DNA of 64,000 nucleotides, taken from contig OX597826.1 in assembly GCA_951406725.2 (NCBI GenBank), positions 42,408,001 to 42,472,000 of the forward strand, written 5' to 3'. How positions within the stretch are numbered: the stretch's first letter is position 1; every line of letters begins with the position of its first letter. Of the stretch, positions 13,361-27,113 are shown in pieces. The translations under genes and the position numbers were made by a program. The notes under the pieces are model-generated. The model was not told the DNA's origin, did no database searches, and saw only the letters and a list, made by a program, of their open reading frames with translations. This stretch comes from Octopus vulgaris (Eukaryota).

Positions 13361-13576
13361 CACATACACACAAACACATACGCAAACACTGGAACCGAAC
13401 ATAAATCAAACCATTTCTTTACGCGAAAACGAACCACATTATACCAAAAACTAAACATGCACACAATGAAAGACACATACACACAAACACATACACAAAC
13501 ACTGGAACCGAACATAAACCAAACCACTTACTTATGCGAAAACGAACCACAGTATACCAAAACTACACATGCACAC
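13361..13576. repeat. Tandem duplication, ~113-bp unit x2
   Basis: cacatacacacaaacacatac.caaacactggaaccgaacataaa.caaacca...gcgaaaacgaaccaca.tataccaaaa occurs twice. Confidence 0.9.
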
Positions 13577-14129
13577 GTACACGTTCGCACTCACAAATGT
13601 AATAGGAGGTGTCTAAATGTATATAATGTGAAGAACTGAGGCCGATCAATATACACTTTAAAGCACTATCCTGGCCATATTCCTTATATATGTGTGTGTA
13701 TGTGTTAGTATATGCTTGTGCATATGTGTGTATACGCGTATGTATGTGATTTGTATATATACCTTGTATAGATACATATGCAAATATGTATATATACATA
13801 CATACATACATACATACATACATACATACATACATACATACATAATTGGGTTTGCTTATATTGTGTATTTGCTGTATATTTCTCGAAGCTAATATGATTA
13901 ATAGTTAAGAAATGTCTAAACACGATTGCAGTATTTGATAATTTGTTTAACAGCTTTTGCTGATAATCTTTTCAAAATAAGTTTTCGATTAAATTGACAA
14001 ATTACATAGCTCATAGTTACATGTGTTTGTATATGCTTATTCTCATACTCACAATCACAAACACACATGCGTGCGCACACAATATCGGACACATATGTAT
14101 ATGAGTGTATATATGTGTGTGAGTGTGTT

Positions 14130-14303
14130 TGTAACGCAAGCGTTGCTGTGTGTTTCTCAACCACAAGACTTTCAGGTTCTGCCCACTTCGTGGCAGCATG
14201 AGCAGATGTCTTCTACTATAGCCCAGTGGGTTGGTCACAACCTTGTCAGTGGGTTTGATAGACGGAAACTAAAATATGCTCGTCGTATATGCGTGTGTGT
14301 GTG

Positions 14304-14341
<38 letters not shown>

Positions 14342-14850
14342 TGTTTGTGCTTGTTCCCCACCATCGTTTGACGACCAGCAATTGGTTTCTTACATTCGAT
14401 TAAAAAAATTACGGTGCCCAAGCATGGCCGCAGTTCAATAACTAGAAGAAAAAGAAACATTAAAAAAATATGTAACGAAATCATTGCAGGCGTAGCTTTG
14501 TGATAAGAAGCTCGCTACCTAACCACATGATTCAGGGTTCAGTCCCACCGCTTGGTACCTTGGACAAATGTACTATAGTCTCGGGCCGACCAAAGCCTTG
14601 TGAGTGGATTTGGTAGACGGAAACTGGAATAAGCCCGTCATGTATGTATGTGTTTGTCTGTGTCCCCCCACCACCGCTGCTTGACAACCGGTGTTGGTGT
14701 GGTTATGTCCCCGTACTTTTGCGGTTCGGCAAAAGAGACCGATTGAATAAGTACAAGGCTTTGCAAAAGAACATAAGTACTGCTTTCGATTCATTCGACT
14801 AAAAATTCTTCAAGGCCATGCCCAAGCATGGCTGCAGTGTAAAAGAGAAA
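14130..14850 (+). mobile_element. Two consecutive diverged SINE family A copies (~14130-14460, ~14488-14850)
   Basis: Both contain gtagacggaaact / atagacggaaact and the agcatggc.gcag tail motif. Confidence 0.8.
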
Positions 14851-14869
14851 GAACAAAGATTAAAACTAG

Positions 14870-15125
14870 CAGGTCAACAGGTCAACAGATCACACACTCC
14901 GGCTTCAAGAAAATAGAATTTCTAAAGCAACTTTCAGATGGAAACCACCGAATGGAAAATGAAAGAGAAGATCGAAAGCTATATAGCACAGAACATTCGT
15001 AACCGATGCGAGAGAGGTCAATATCACACGGTCAGATGCAGGGAATGCTGCAACAAGCAGGAAGCGTTGACGCCAACTTGCTGTCCAGTGTGCACCAGAA
15101 TATTGGAGGAACTGAAACTAAAACT
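14870..15125 (+). mobile_element. Probable RTE-type LINE 3' end remnant
   Basis: Ends caggaagcgttgacgccaacttgctgtccagtgtgcaccagaatattggaggaactgaaactaaaact with a short repeated tail; loosely resembles RTE C-termini. Confidence 0.35.
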
Positions 15126-15471
15126 CTGTGTGTGTGGTGTTTGTGTGTGCGTGCGTACGCGCGTGTCTAACTTTATTTATAACTACACTCTGCTGGTAAT
15201 GCCTCAATTAATTGCGGGCCATCAGTTTTGCACCACTATCTGATAAGTGCGTAATGAAATCGAATACTATGCATAACCTTAATATATGGCGAAGTTGTGG
15301 AGACACAATTAATTATATAATACTTGATTGACTTTGATATTCATTACAACAATATACGTTCTCGTAATTTCTATCTTATCTCCCTGGATGGCTAAATGGT
15401 GAATTAATTTAGTATTTTTAGACTCGATTATACGGATATAATGGAAATATAATCTTTAAATATAATGGATA

Positions 15472-15534
<63 letters not shown>

Positions 15535-15605
15535 CTATATATGCATAGTAATAAATAGTATGTAGGCATATATATATATATATATATATAAAACATGTAC
15601 AATTA

Positions 15606-15785
15606 GGAGGCGCAATGGCCCACTGGCTAGGGCAGCGGACTCGCGGTTTCGATTCCTAGATCGGGCGTTGTGTGTGTTTATTAAGCGAAAATATCTAAAG
15701 CTCCACGAGGCAGGAGTGGGGCGGTGACCCCTGTTGTACTCTTTCGCCCCAACTTTCTCTCACTCTTTCTTCATGTTTCTTGTGG
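15606..15785 (+). mobile_element. tRNA-derived SINE family C, 3'-truncated
   Basis: ggaggcgcaatggcccactggctagggcagcggactcgcggtttcgattcc head; matches 38360-38585 and 50528-50825. Confidence 0.85.
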
Positions 15786-15864
15786 ATGACGTCAGTTAGC
15801 CATAGTCAGTGAAGGTGCTTCATCGATAACTACTAGGGACATATCCAATACTTGAATAATTATC

Positions 15865-15954
<90 letters not shown>

Positions 15955-15957
<3 letters not shown>

Positions 15958-17104
15958 CAGGGCACGTAAGATATTTGAGGACAAATTTATGTTTATAAAA
16001 AGACAGATATATAATAATAGATAATAACTTTATCAAAAAATGCTATGAGGGTAAAAATAAACCTTCTTTTCCATAATGTGATTCAATAAAGCTATCTTCA
16101 GCTTCAACAACTGCTTCTATATATCTAAATTATCTACATGCTCGAATCAAGTGGTCGTGGTTCATTTTGGACATTACTCTGACTATGGCAGCTTTCGAAG
16201 ATCTTTGGTGTTAAGGGTGTGTTCATTGACCTCTCTCTGAACAACGCTCCGCATGTAATAGTCCAATGGATTGAGATCTGAGGAATTAGGAGTCTAAATG
16301 TTAGGGATTATGTGATCATGAAAATTTTCGGCCATCCATTCCTGTGTTACTAGAGCCATGTGTGATAGTTCAGAGTCTTATTGACACACATACGGCCTTC
16401 CATTGCATACACTGTCTATTCAGGGCTTAACAATTATTTCCAGGGCCTCAATGTAGGCGGCAAAGTGTCCTTGTGGAAAGAAGTAAGGAGGCATCACATG
16501 TCCTTCATTGCTGACAACCCCTAACACCATGACAGTTACAGGGAATTTTGTATGCATAACATTTGGAAGTTCAGAACGGTCTGCACATAACCATCTGTCA
16601 TTTCTTCTGTTAACTCTTTGATCTTGGTGAAAGTTTTTCTCGGTTGAAAAATTCCAAATCAAATCTTCTGTTGGATTTTTCAGTTTGTTTAAGAGCCTTT
16701 TAGATCTAATGTAGTTATTTTATTTTGCTTTTTCTGACAAATTGACCTTTACTCATGATACAAGACATATATTTGATGTCTTTGTGGACAACATCTCTGA
16801 CTATTCCTTGTGACACATGGAGATCTTTTGCAATTGACCTTATGGACTTTCTGGTATCGTAATCAACAGTGGATAAATTTAGGTAGGTGTTCTGATTATT
16901 TCAGAGCGTTTAGAATGCTTTTTATGCTTTGATACTGGTGATACGTTTCCTCTTTAGTCTCTAGCTCCTTACAAACATTATAGACGAAAGATCTGCAAAT
17001 TTTTAAAATCGAGATATTTCTAAATCCCTATGGTCAGCCTTTATTACCGCAATAATAGCATGCCTCTTCATTTCTTGAGTAAGCTGAGGGCCTTCCCTTA
17101 TCAT
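15955..17104 (-). pseudogene. Tc1/mariner superfamily DD37D (maT-type) transposase pseudogene with one terminal repeat
   Basis: Minus strand: MIREGPQLTQEMKRHAII..., FSTEKNFHQDQRVNRRNDRWL, VMVLGVVSNEG, Q*DSELSH...TPNSSDLNPLDY. I counted 37 residues between the 2nd and 3rd catalytic D. Several stops and frameshifts; TA|cagggcacg terminus at ~15956. Confidence 0.88.
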
Positions 17105-17368
17105 TTTCTGAAACAAAGATTATACAGAGTTAGCAAAAAATGATAAATATGAATTCACTTCAACCAATTGTATTCGCTGCTGAATTATTTTGGTTATTCA
17201 CATGTGGTTGAGATGAACGAACTAGATTTAAATTGCATATGAGTATGAACATTTGTATATGCACTGTGGATACATTGTATTCATATGGTACATATAAGTG
17301 TATATAATTATGTATATTGGGTTATGTAATACTGAGGAAGTTAATGGGTATTGCATCCCTAAACCGGA

Positions 17369-17783
17369 CGCGCAGGAGTGGCTGTGTGGTAAGTAGCTTG
17401 CTAACCAACCACATGGTTCCGGGTTCAGTCCCACTGCGTGGCATCTTGGGCAAGTGTCTTCTGCTATAGCCCCGGGCCGACCAATGCCTTGTGAGTGGAT
17501 TTGGTAGACGGAAACTGAAAGAAGCCTGTCGTATATATGTATATATATATATATGTGTGTGTGTGTATGTGTTTGTGTGTCTGTGTTTGTCCCCCTAGCA
17601 TTGCTTGACAACCGATGCTGGTGTGTTTACGTCCCCGTAACTTAGCGGTTCGGCAAAAAGAGACCGATAGAATAAGTACTGGGCTTACAAAGAATAAATC
17701 CCGGGGTCGATTTGCTCGACTAAAAGGCGGTGCTCCAGCATGGCCGCAGTCAAATGACTGAAACAAGTAAAAGAGTAAAGAGT
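17369..17783 (+). mobile_element. SINE family A, full length, well preserved
   Basis: gcgcaggagtggctgtgtggtaagtagc...ggttcagtccc head through tail gaaacaagtaaaagagtaaagag. Confidence 0.92.
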
Positions 17784-18045
17784 ATTGATCTACGGCTAAA
17801 TCTTTTTAAGAAAATCTTTTTTTGTTCATTTCCCTCGTTTTCAGCCCGTGTCTATGTGATAAATAAGGTAGTTTTAGATCCATTTGGCATCTATTTTTAG
17901 CATGCGGAGCTACCCAGTAGTTGCCTTTATAATTATATTTATATAATTAAATACTTTGTATTGATTTTTTGTTTAAATGGTTTATTACATGCTAGCTACT
18001 TCATATAATCTTATATAGACTTAGATTTTATCCTTAATTATAATG

Positions 18046-18048
<3 letters not shown>

Positions 18049-18078
<30 letters not shown>

Positions 18079-18263
18079 TGTATGTATGTATGTATGTATG
18101 TATGTATGTATGTATGTATGTATGTATGTATGTATGTATGTATGTATGTATGTATGTATGCATGTATGCATGTATGTATGTATGTATGTATGTATGCATG
18201 TATGTATGTATGTATGTATGCATGTATGTATGTATGTATGTATGTATGTATGTATGTATGTAT
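18049..18263. repeat. (TATG)n microsatellite
   Basis: Direct reading. Confidence 0.95.
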
Positions 18264-18944
18264 ATTCCGGGAGAATACCAGTATATATCACAATTATTAT
18301 GTAATCTGAACTTGTAAAACGTTTACTTCTACCCTGAAGCTTTGTCAATGTTTAAATATATGAATACCATAATCAGACCAGTTATTTGCCTGTTTATACA
18401 TTTATTGTATTATACATATGTACCAGCTCTATTGGAACATTGCCTATAGTCAATCTTTATTGGGTAGTTATAATTTTCACTACCCTTTTAGATGCATTTT
18501 AAGTTGAAGTTGAATGAGTAAGTCAACCTGAGCACTAATCGTATGTCTTGTTATCTTACATCATCAGAGGTAATATTATCTGAATATCATATATATATAT
18601 ATATTTGTTATTTGTTAAATGTACAATATTTTATAAATAGTGACAATCCTTCTAGTATCCATTATGACTAACTATTACACTCTATACAGTGTTGCATGGC
18701 CATTGATGATATGAATGAAAAAAAATGACTTGTTATTATTGGTTTCAGTTACATTTGTTATTCATTGCAATATGCTTTATTTACAGAACAAATCAAATTT
18801 GTCATTCACACACCCTACAAGCTTAAACAACAATGTATATAAATATTATATGTGCATGCATATATATATATATATACACATATATGCGTGCGTATATAAC
18901 AGGAAGGTAAAAGAGGGAAAGAATGTAAGAAAAAAATTTATCAG

Positions 18945-18996
18945 AGACAGACAGACAGATAGATAGATAGATAGATAGAGAGATAGATAGACAGAC

Positions 18997-19060
<64 letters not shown>

Positions 19061-19073
19061 TGATTGATTGATG

Positions 19074-19165
<92 letters not shown>
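18945..19165. repeat. (GATA)n microsatellite
   Basis: Direct reading. Confidence 0.95.
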
Positions 19166-19166
<1 letters not shown>

Positions 19167-21211
19167 AGTGTGCAAGCGTGAGAGATGTAGAGAGAGTAAT
19201 AGATCTTTGATAATGTATAAGTCGTATGAAACGTGCTATTTTCAAATCCCTACGGCAAAACGTGTTTTTCCATATTCATTAGTCGTTTCCCCCGCCACCA
19301 ACCACAAACACGATAATGGATTACCACAGAAAGTGCATTTCAGATTAGAGATGAATTTTTACTTGTTTAGTTTTAAGTTAGACCCTAGAGAGTTTCATTC
19401 CAACATTCATTACGATATGGGTAAATTAAGTCATGAAGCATTGCTTTTCATTAAACATGAGTTCTATGAAACAATTGTTGCTTTTGTTAATGTTGTTTAA
19501 TCCTGCTAGGCCCTGATGGAGCTGACAGATGATCAAAGATGCCATTTTTTTTTTCCTCGTCCCACCTGTTTTGGAAGGGAGAAAACTCTTTGTACATTAG
19601 CCAAATGTGTCCTTTCTTTTTTTAAAACTGTAGTATGATTGTGTGACATCAGGAATATTTGGTTGCTATTTCGAGATCAGTCAACTCTGTAGGGGTCCCC
19701 CAAAGGTTCATATAAATTCTAATTGTTGATATTGTTGTTATGGTGGTGGTGGTGCTGCTGCTGCTGCTACTGCTGCTGGTTCTGGTTGTTGTTGTTGTTG
19801 TTTAGTCCCCAGATTAATCTAGATCAAGAGAATTTCTGATGCAAGTGTCCGTGCTGTTCAAAAATTACACCCTGAACACTTCATCAGAAAACTTCTTGAT
19901 CAATGGTTAATCTGGGACCTAAACAACAACAACTACAACAGCAACTAGAATTTACACGAATCTCTAATGGATATTCTACAGTTGGTTTGTTTACGGCTTA
20001 GTGAGTCTATTACTCTATTACCCTGCATATATGTCACCTGTCGATATATAATAGTCTGAGGGGAATTTCATTAATATATCTAGCAGGTTAAATGACCAAG
20101 CATAGGCTCCTCCATCGGCCTTTATAAGCTCTGTTACTATACTTAGGTACGAAAACTATTCATCAAGAGAAAGAAGAATATAACTCTTTTCAAATTACCT
20201 GTGCATGTGTCTTATTGTTCATCTCTTTGCTTAGCGTTTTCACCTACCACCTCACTCGATCTGACCTTCACTGCTTCACCGCCTTCTCATCGAACAGTTT
20301 CGCACACTAATTCACGTCATTTTCCACTAGCTTACACCTCTTACTCCCCATACTAATCTCTTCCCATTACTCCTTTACTTTATTCGCTTTCTCAGTTCAC
20401 TTTAATATTCTCTTCTGAAAATTTTTACAACCAAAACGATAACATTGTAATGTATTCTTTCTCTTCGTAGAATTAGAGCAATTTTCAGAAACGTTAGCTT
20501 ACTTCATCCCTAACGGCAAATCACCTTCTTGAACTCTCTTATATATTTACAGAAATTATTGACAGCCGAGCAGCTGAAAGATGAAGTTAATCCTGGCAAG
20601 AAATGAGAGAAGAAATTAAATCTTTCGATATCAGTTTGGCTTTTGTTCTACGTGTCCAACAAACCGTAATATTTTCTTGCCAAGCTTAGCATATTACTTC
20701 TTATTTCTTTTGTTCTCTGACATCAATACTACCATTGTTGTCGCTGGTGATGCTTAACACTACCTCTATCTTAATCGTGCAGACCTGTAATAAAAGATAC
20801 TTTAGCTGTGATAATCTCGTCTGTTTTAGAATATCTAGGTTCTACATTGTCGAATTTGTCTTTCCTTTATTTAACACAGATGTGATTTGAGAACAATTTG
20901 GCTGTTATTTCTTGCAGACCGATCACATGGTCTCCCTCGTTGACATTGTTCTGACATTGTTCATCAACCAGGCACAAGAGAAAAATATATAGATATGAAT
21001 ACTGTCTGTTGAACACAATATTGTATTTAAGTCAAGTCATCGATCATAAGAATAAGACAAAGTTAATGCTGACAAGATTTATACTCAGAACATAAACGTG
21101 ATAACAACAATAAAAATAGTAATAATGGTTTCTGGTTTAGGTACAGCATTTATTAGGGGAAGGGGTTAGTCGATACCATCGACACTAGTACTTGATTGAT
21201 ACTGTTTTCTA

Positions 21212-21553
21212 TCTACTCGTCGAGAAACGATGACGCCGTGGTGATCTCATTCTCGCTCACATCATAAGCGGAAAGTGTAACCACTCGAAAGAGCTGTTCT
21301 TCACTCCTGCTCCAGAAAAGCTCTATCTACGACGATTTCATCTCAATCGAAGAAGAGGAGCTTTCTCCGTCCGGGTTGCGGTTCCGTGGAATAAGCTGCC
21401 GGACGAGATAGTGAAGATGCCGACAATCGCTCGGTTCAAAGTTTCTCTTGACCAGAAATGGCCTGAACTCTTTGTATGACCACCCTCCATGTCCTCCTAC
21501 ATAGCCTTGCTTTTGCTTTTTGAGCCAATAAAATTGAATTGAATTGAATTGAA
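21212..21553 (+). mobile_element. CR1-clade LINE, 5'-truncated 3' end with (AATTG)n tail, nested in a SINE-B-like copy
   Basis: EKR*RRGDLILAH ... KLYLRRFHLNRRRGAFSVRVAVPWNKLPDEIVKMPTIARFKVSLDQKW*-type C-terminus; AATAAA then aattg repeats; SINE-B-like sequence on both sides (21125-21212, 21555-21640). Confidence 0.85.
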
Positions 21554-22855
21554 TACTCCGGAAGGAATTGAATTCGGATGAAAATAACATAAGGCACTTT
21601 TTCTGACTCTCTAATGATTCTGCCTGCTCGCCACCTTATCTTTGTTTCAGATTTAGATACAAAGTCTGCAATTTCGAGGGGCAGGGTTATTCGATCACAT
21701 TGATCTCAGGTACTCGACTGATGCTTTAACTTTTTAATTGACTCGCGAGATGTTGAAAGGCAAAGTTGTCCTCGGTGGGATTTGAACTCAGGTTGTAGAA
21801 ACACAAAAGTACAGCAAGGTATTTTTTTAATCCTCTAACAATTCTGCCATAATTTCTAATTTATGCACAAGTTCAGCAATATAGTGAAATGGGTTACTGG
21901 ATTAAATCGACCTTAGTACGATCACAAACAAAGAGTTTGGTTTTCCAAAATATGGAACCAGTTTATAAACAAGCGTGTCTCGTAATAGACAATGTATATG
22001 TTGCTATACATTCTTCCTCTCTCAATAAAGAAAATTTTAATCCGCGTACTTGCAGGAACGGCCCCGCAGTCTAGGTATGTTACCATTTTGCTCTAGCTTA
22101 CTTGGGAAATACATTTTCGCAAGGAGACACCGGTCTTTTGAACAAAATTTTTCCACGCATTTGTTCTCCTGAAACAGTTCGTGGCAAGAAATCCCTTGTT
22201 AGGAAGTATACTTACAAACTAAAAAGTTTGGTTTGTACTTTCAAACTATCATGACCAAGAACATGTGTGTGTGCTTTTGCTGTTGACACGTATTGTCACG
22301 TGTTTTCTGTATTGCTCCGGTTGTTTTAAGCTTCTTTTCTATGATTTTTTAATATATTTTATCGCATGAATATTATTTTTTAATTTACGTTCATAAAAAT
22401 TTACTTTGCATTTTGCCTTTTCTGTTTGAAATGTGTTTGCCTCTGTTCAATAGTATTATGGTCTGGTTCCCATGTATCGGGAAGGTTTTACTGCCTCAAG
22501 CACTTAGACTTGATCCAAGAATACAATTCAAAAGATGATAGTTTATAACTCTTGTCGGAAGGAGATTGGCCTATTTTCAAAGACTGTTTCAATGGTTCAA
22601 TGGATTTGAAGCTATTGCCTACTTATTTTCGTTTCATGTAGAGGCGGTTTATATTACTGTTGGTGTATGTATATATGTATGTATAATATGTATATATATT
22701 AGCATGGATGCGTACATACATATATATATATATGTGTGTGTGTGTGAGTGTGTGTGTGTGTGTGTGTGTGCGTGTGCGTGTTTGTGTGTGTGTTTGTGCA
22801 CTTTTATTCATTTTACATTTCAGCCTAAAGCTGTAGGCATATTGAAGCACCGCCA

Positions 22856-22924
<69 letters not shown>

Positions 22925-23071
22925 GAAATAGAAAGATGAATAATCTTGTTGCAGATTAATCAAAAGTTTAACCGATACCTTGGTAGCAAAAATCACAGCA
23001 GAAGACAGCACGGTTGGAGGTACAACCATATGGTGTTGCAACCGTGCATTGGTGCGGATAATTGAATTTTA

Positions 23072-24040
23072 ATATTATTAGTGAATTGAAGAAATGGAGT
23101 TGAACGAAGATTGAACAGAAATTGTTTTATTGCATTCTACACGTGTTTCGAAAGGCACAATTAACCAAATTCCGATTGAATAAGGAGATCATATTGTGTC
23201 TTTCTCTTCAGGAAGAAATAGGAAATCCGTTGGAAAAAACAAAAACAGAACAGAGGCGGAGCAAAACAAATCGAACGAGGCTCCTAAGAGCCCCTGGCCA
23301 AACTGTTTATCAATGTATGTTGAAAACTGGTGGTGGGTGCGTTGAAGGTTTTAACGGGTCAGGCAGCGGTCATTCCGGTGGGTGGGAGCATGGGGTGCTT
23401 AGATGTTCTTTGTGACCGAGACTAAAGTTCTGACTATTTAAAGAATATTAGGTGTATTATATGGGGCGAGAAAATCTACTTAGAAACATGTGTGTGTGTA
23501 CTGTTCTATGTGTTCGTATGTGCGTTTGATCACGTGGCCGTCAGTTGGTAAACAGCCCTACACAATGGTCACTGCTGTAAAATCCGTCGGGTGGCAGAAA
23601 AAAATTTTTTATGTGTGCGTGTGTTCGTCTAAACTTGCCTTGTCAAAGAAACCCCCCGTCGTCAAGACAAACCACCATTCGTCTCCCAGGAGTAATTCCC
23701 CTTGCAATGGTTAATCATATTTCTCTTAAAAAGTTTTTCAGAATTTATTTCCAAGGGCTATTTTCATATAAGTAGTGTAACCGGGCGCAGGTATTATTTA
23801 TAAGCGTTATTTATAAGCAAGATAAGTATAACGCCGCCAGTGGGGGCATCGAAAAGCCGACTGTAAAAGTCCGTTTACCATCCGGTCTCTGGCGAACAAT
23901 ATATGGAAGAGTTCGGAGACACAAAGGTTGCACTTCCTTCTGCCTTTTGGTTAATTGTGCCTTTCGAAACACGTGTAGAATGCAATAAAACGATTTCTGT
24001 TCAATCTTCGTTCAACTCCATTTCTTCAATTCACTAATAA

Positions 24041-24043
<3 letters not shown>
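23072..24043 (-). mobile_element. 5'-truncated PLE with inverted pseudo-LTR
   Basis: Minus-strand GRRKCNLCVSELFHILFARDRMVNGLLQSAFRCPHWRRYTYLAYK* (~23944-23807) matches the GIY-YIG C-terminal pattern of the 27975 ORF. ~98-bp inverted repeats at 23072-23169 and 23946-24043; adjacent (TA)n. Confidence 0.88.
23133..23216 (-). ncRNA. Type I minimal hammerhead ribozyme, canonical core
   Basis: Minus strand: uuc-CUGAAGA-gaaagacacaau...auugugccuuuc-GAAA-cacgug-UA-gaa. Stem II 11/12 bp, palindromic stem III (acacgugu), GUA cleavage triplet, short 3-bp stem I. Confidence 0.75.
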
Positions 24044-24102
<59 letters not shown>

Positions 24103-24189
24103 TGTGTGTATACATTATGTATGCATGTATGTATTTATGCACATATTTATGGGTTCATGCTCGAGTAGTTTCTGAGGACTGTATATCAT

Positions 24190-24370
24190 TTTGTTTAATT
24201 ACTGGGTTGTGGTCATCCCGAGGCACCATTTTGAAGGGTATAGTCGAACACAACAACGCCAGGATTTATTTTTGAAGTCCGGTATTTATTCTAATGTTTG
24301 TTTTTACAAAACTGCAAGATTACGGAGACTTAAGCAAGCCAACAGCGGTTGTCAAACGACAGAGGCCATG

Positions 24371-24428
<58 letters not shown>

Positions 24429-24852
24429 TACATATACACGTACACACGTGTATATATATATCTTTTACTCTTTTACTTGTTTCAGTCATTTGACTTCGGC
24501 CATGCTAGAGCACCACCTTTAGTCGACAAATCGACCCCAGGACTTATTCTTTGGAAGTCTAATACTTATTCTATCGGTTCTTTTACCGAACCGCTAAGTT
24601 ACGGGGACGATAACACACCAGCATCGGTTGTCAAGTGATGTTGGGGGGACAAACACAGACACACAAACATATACACACACATACATATATATACATATAT
24701 ACGACGGGCTTCTTTCAGTTTATGTCTACCAAATCTACTCACAAAGCTTTGGTCGGCCCGAGGTTATAGTAGAAGACACTTGTCCAAAGTTCCACGCAGT
24801 GGGAATGAACCAGAAACCATGTGGTTGGTAAGCAACCTACTTGCCAATATAT

Positions 24853-24925
<73 letters not shown>

Positions 24926-25085
24926 CTGCCACACTGTCTCTGTCTTCCACATTCACTCACAAGGCATTAGTCGTTTCGGGGCTGTTGTAGAAGAAAATAG
25001 CCTAAGGTGCCCCTTGGTAGGACTGAACTCAAAACCAAGTTGGTACATAGTAGTATTCTTAAATATGCAGTCATGTCTGTGTCTA
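24190..25085 (-). mobile_element. Three SINE family A copies/fragments (~24190-24360, 24460-24850, 24935-25085)
   Basis: Similarity to 1832-2211; the central copy is best preserved. Confidence 0.8.
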
Positions 25086-25669
25086 TATGCTGATAATTTT
25101 ATGCTGTTGAAGTAAACGTACAATCACTGCGAAGTGAGAGGAGCGTAATTTGTTGTTTAAAGCAAACATCGATTCTTTTTTTAATAATTCAAACTTTCTC
25201 TTCCGTCTTTACAATATTTCTGCTTTCTTAAATCAGTTTCAGATGATATATCGATAAAAATTCCACAGAGAAAATGAGATCTTTTTCATGAGAAAAACCA
25301 CATTGAATATCTTCATGAGCCAAAAAAAAAAAATCCCAATATTTTATGTAAATTCTGAAACCATAAATCAAAATAGCTATTTATTTTATTGAAGTTTATT
25401 GTGATGTTTGTTATAGATTGCTTATACAAAATCGTTCATAATGATAGTTTGGGGATGAGAGAGATTCCTTCTAAATAACGACACTGTTTCTTTTATAATG
25501 TCCATGTTGTTATGGTACCGCCCCCGAGTTTGGTGACATAAAAAAATAAGTGAAAAATCAGAAAACTTAGCAAATGCGCAAGGATGCGTTTCAGATTTTA
25601 ACGCGTTCTATTATAATGGTATGAAAGCTAAAATATCAGGTTTTTCACTCCTCACAGCGATCACTTATA

Positions 25670-25860
25670 CTGGTTTCAAATTCTGACTGAGGAGTAAGTC
25701 CATCACATCGACTCCCTAGTTCAACTTGTTATTTTATCGACCCCGAAGGGATGAAAGACAATGTCGACCTCGGTGTAATTTGAACTCAGAACATTAAGAC
25801 AGACGAAATGCTAAGCATTTTACCCGTTGTGCTGACGATACTGCCAGCTTGATGCTTTAG
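25670..25860 (-). mobile_element. SINE family B, diverged
   Basis: ttttatcgaccccgaagggatgaaagacaatgtcgacctcgg...tgaactcagaac. Confidence 0.8.
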
Positions 25861-26169
25861 AGCAAACAATTATATCGACACGATTAACGTATTTTGTTAC
25901 CCAACATATTCAGTTGTTTAGCTTTAGATTAGTCATGCCAGCCCAACATATTGAGCTATTCTTTAGCCCCAGTTGTCATGCTCCACCAGGCCTTTGCTCA
26001 ACAGCCGTTATTAAGTCGTCTCGTATATCTACGACCACATTGTGTAATGTGTCCTTCATTTGCTTTTTAAAGACTGTCATTTCAAGAGATTTGGTTTCTA
26101 ACTCTTATAGAAAGAACGACCGCGTATAGAGACACCCACAGTGGCTCTGGTTACTATTGAAGCTTTCAT

Positions 26170-26214
<45 letters not shown>

Positions 26215-26788
26215 CATTTTATTATTCTATTATCGATTTCAGCCAGAGTCTGTGGTCATGCTGCAGTACCGCCGCAAAAAGTACTAAGGTTTATGGTTTT
26301 ATATCAAGTTATATTAAAATACAACTTAACATGAAACTGAAAGATTGCTCAATACGTTGTTGTGGAGTGTAGACATACATGCCTACATACTTATATACAT
26401 ACATACATTTATATAGATATAAGGTTTGTTAGTATTGTGGTTGTTATTGTGTACGTTCCACAGCAATAATAATAGACCTGGATCAATTTCTCTTACCATA
26501 ACCATCCCTTCTTTATATTCAGGCATATCTCCGACTATATTTCCCTATGTTATTTTTAGCATTCTGAGCGCATATTTACATTGATGTTTCTCATTCACAA
26601 CCACTACTCTCTCACACTCTCTCATCCTTTCTTTTTCTCTCTTTCTTTCCCTGTCTCTCTTTCACTCTCTCTCTCACTCTATCTATCTATCTTTCTATCT
26701 ATCTCTCTTATGATTTCTCCTTTCTGCCTTATTTATAATTATGTCGTTGCCATGCATATTCAACTTGTTGATATGTGTGTGTGTGTGT

Positions 26789-26834
<46 letters not shown>

Positions 26835-27003
26835 TGTGTCACAATGTATTCCAATCTAATAAGAATGCAATATCTCAGATCAACAGCAAGATATTTCTTT
26901 AGGTTCATTTCATTACATTATTGTTGTTTATTTTTAGATTTTTACATTCTCCCTTACATTTAGTTTCTGACATCCGAATGACAGGCAGCATTTACAGTAT
27001 ACG

Positions 27004-27113
<110 letters not shown>

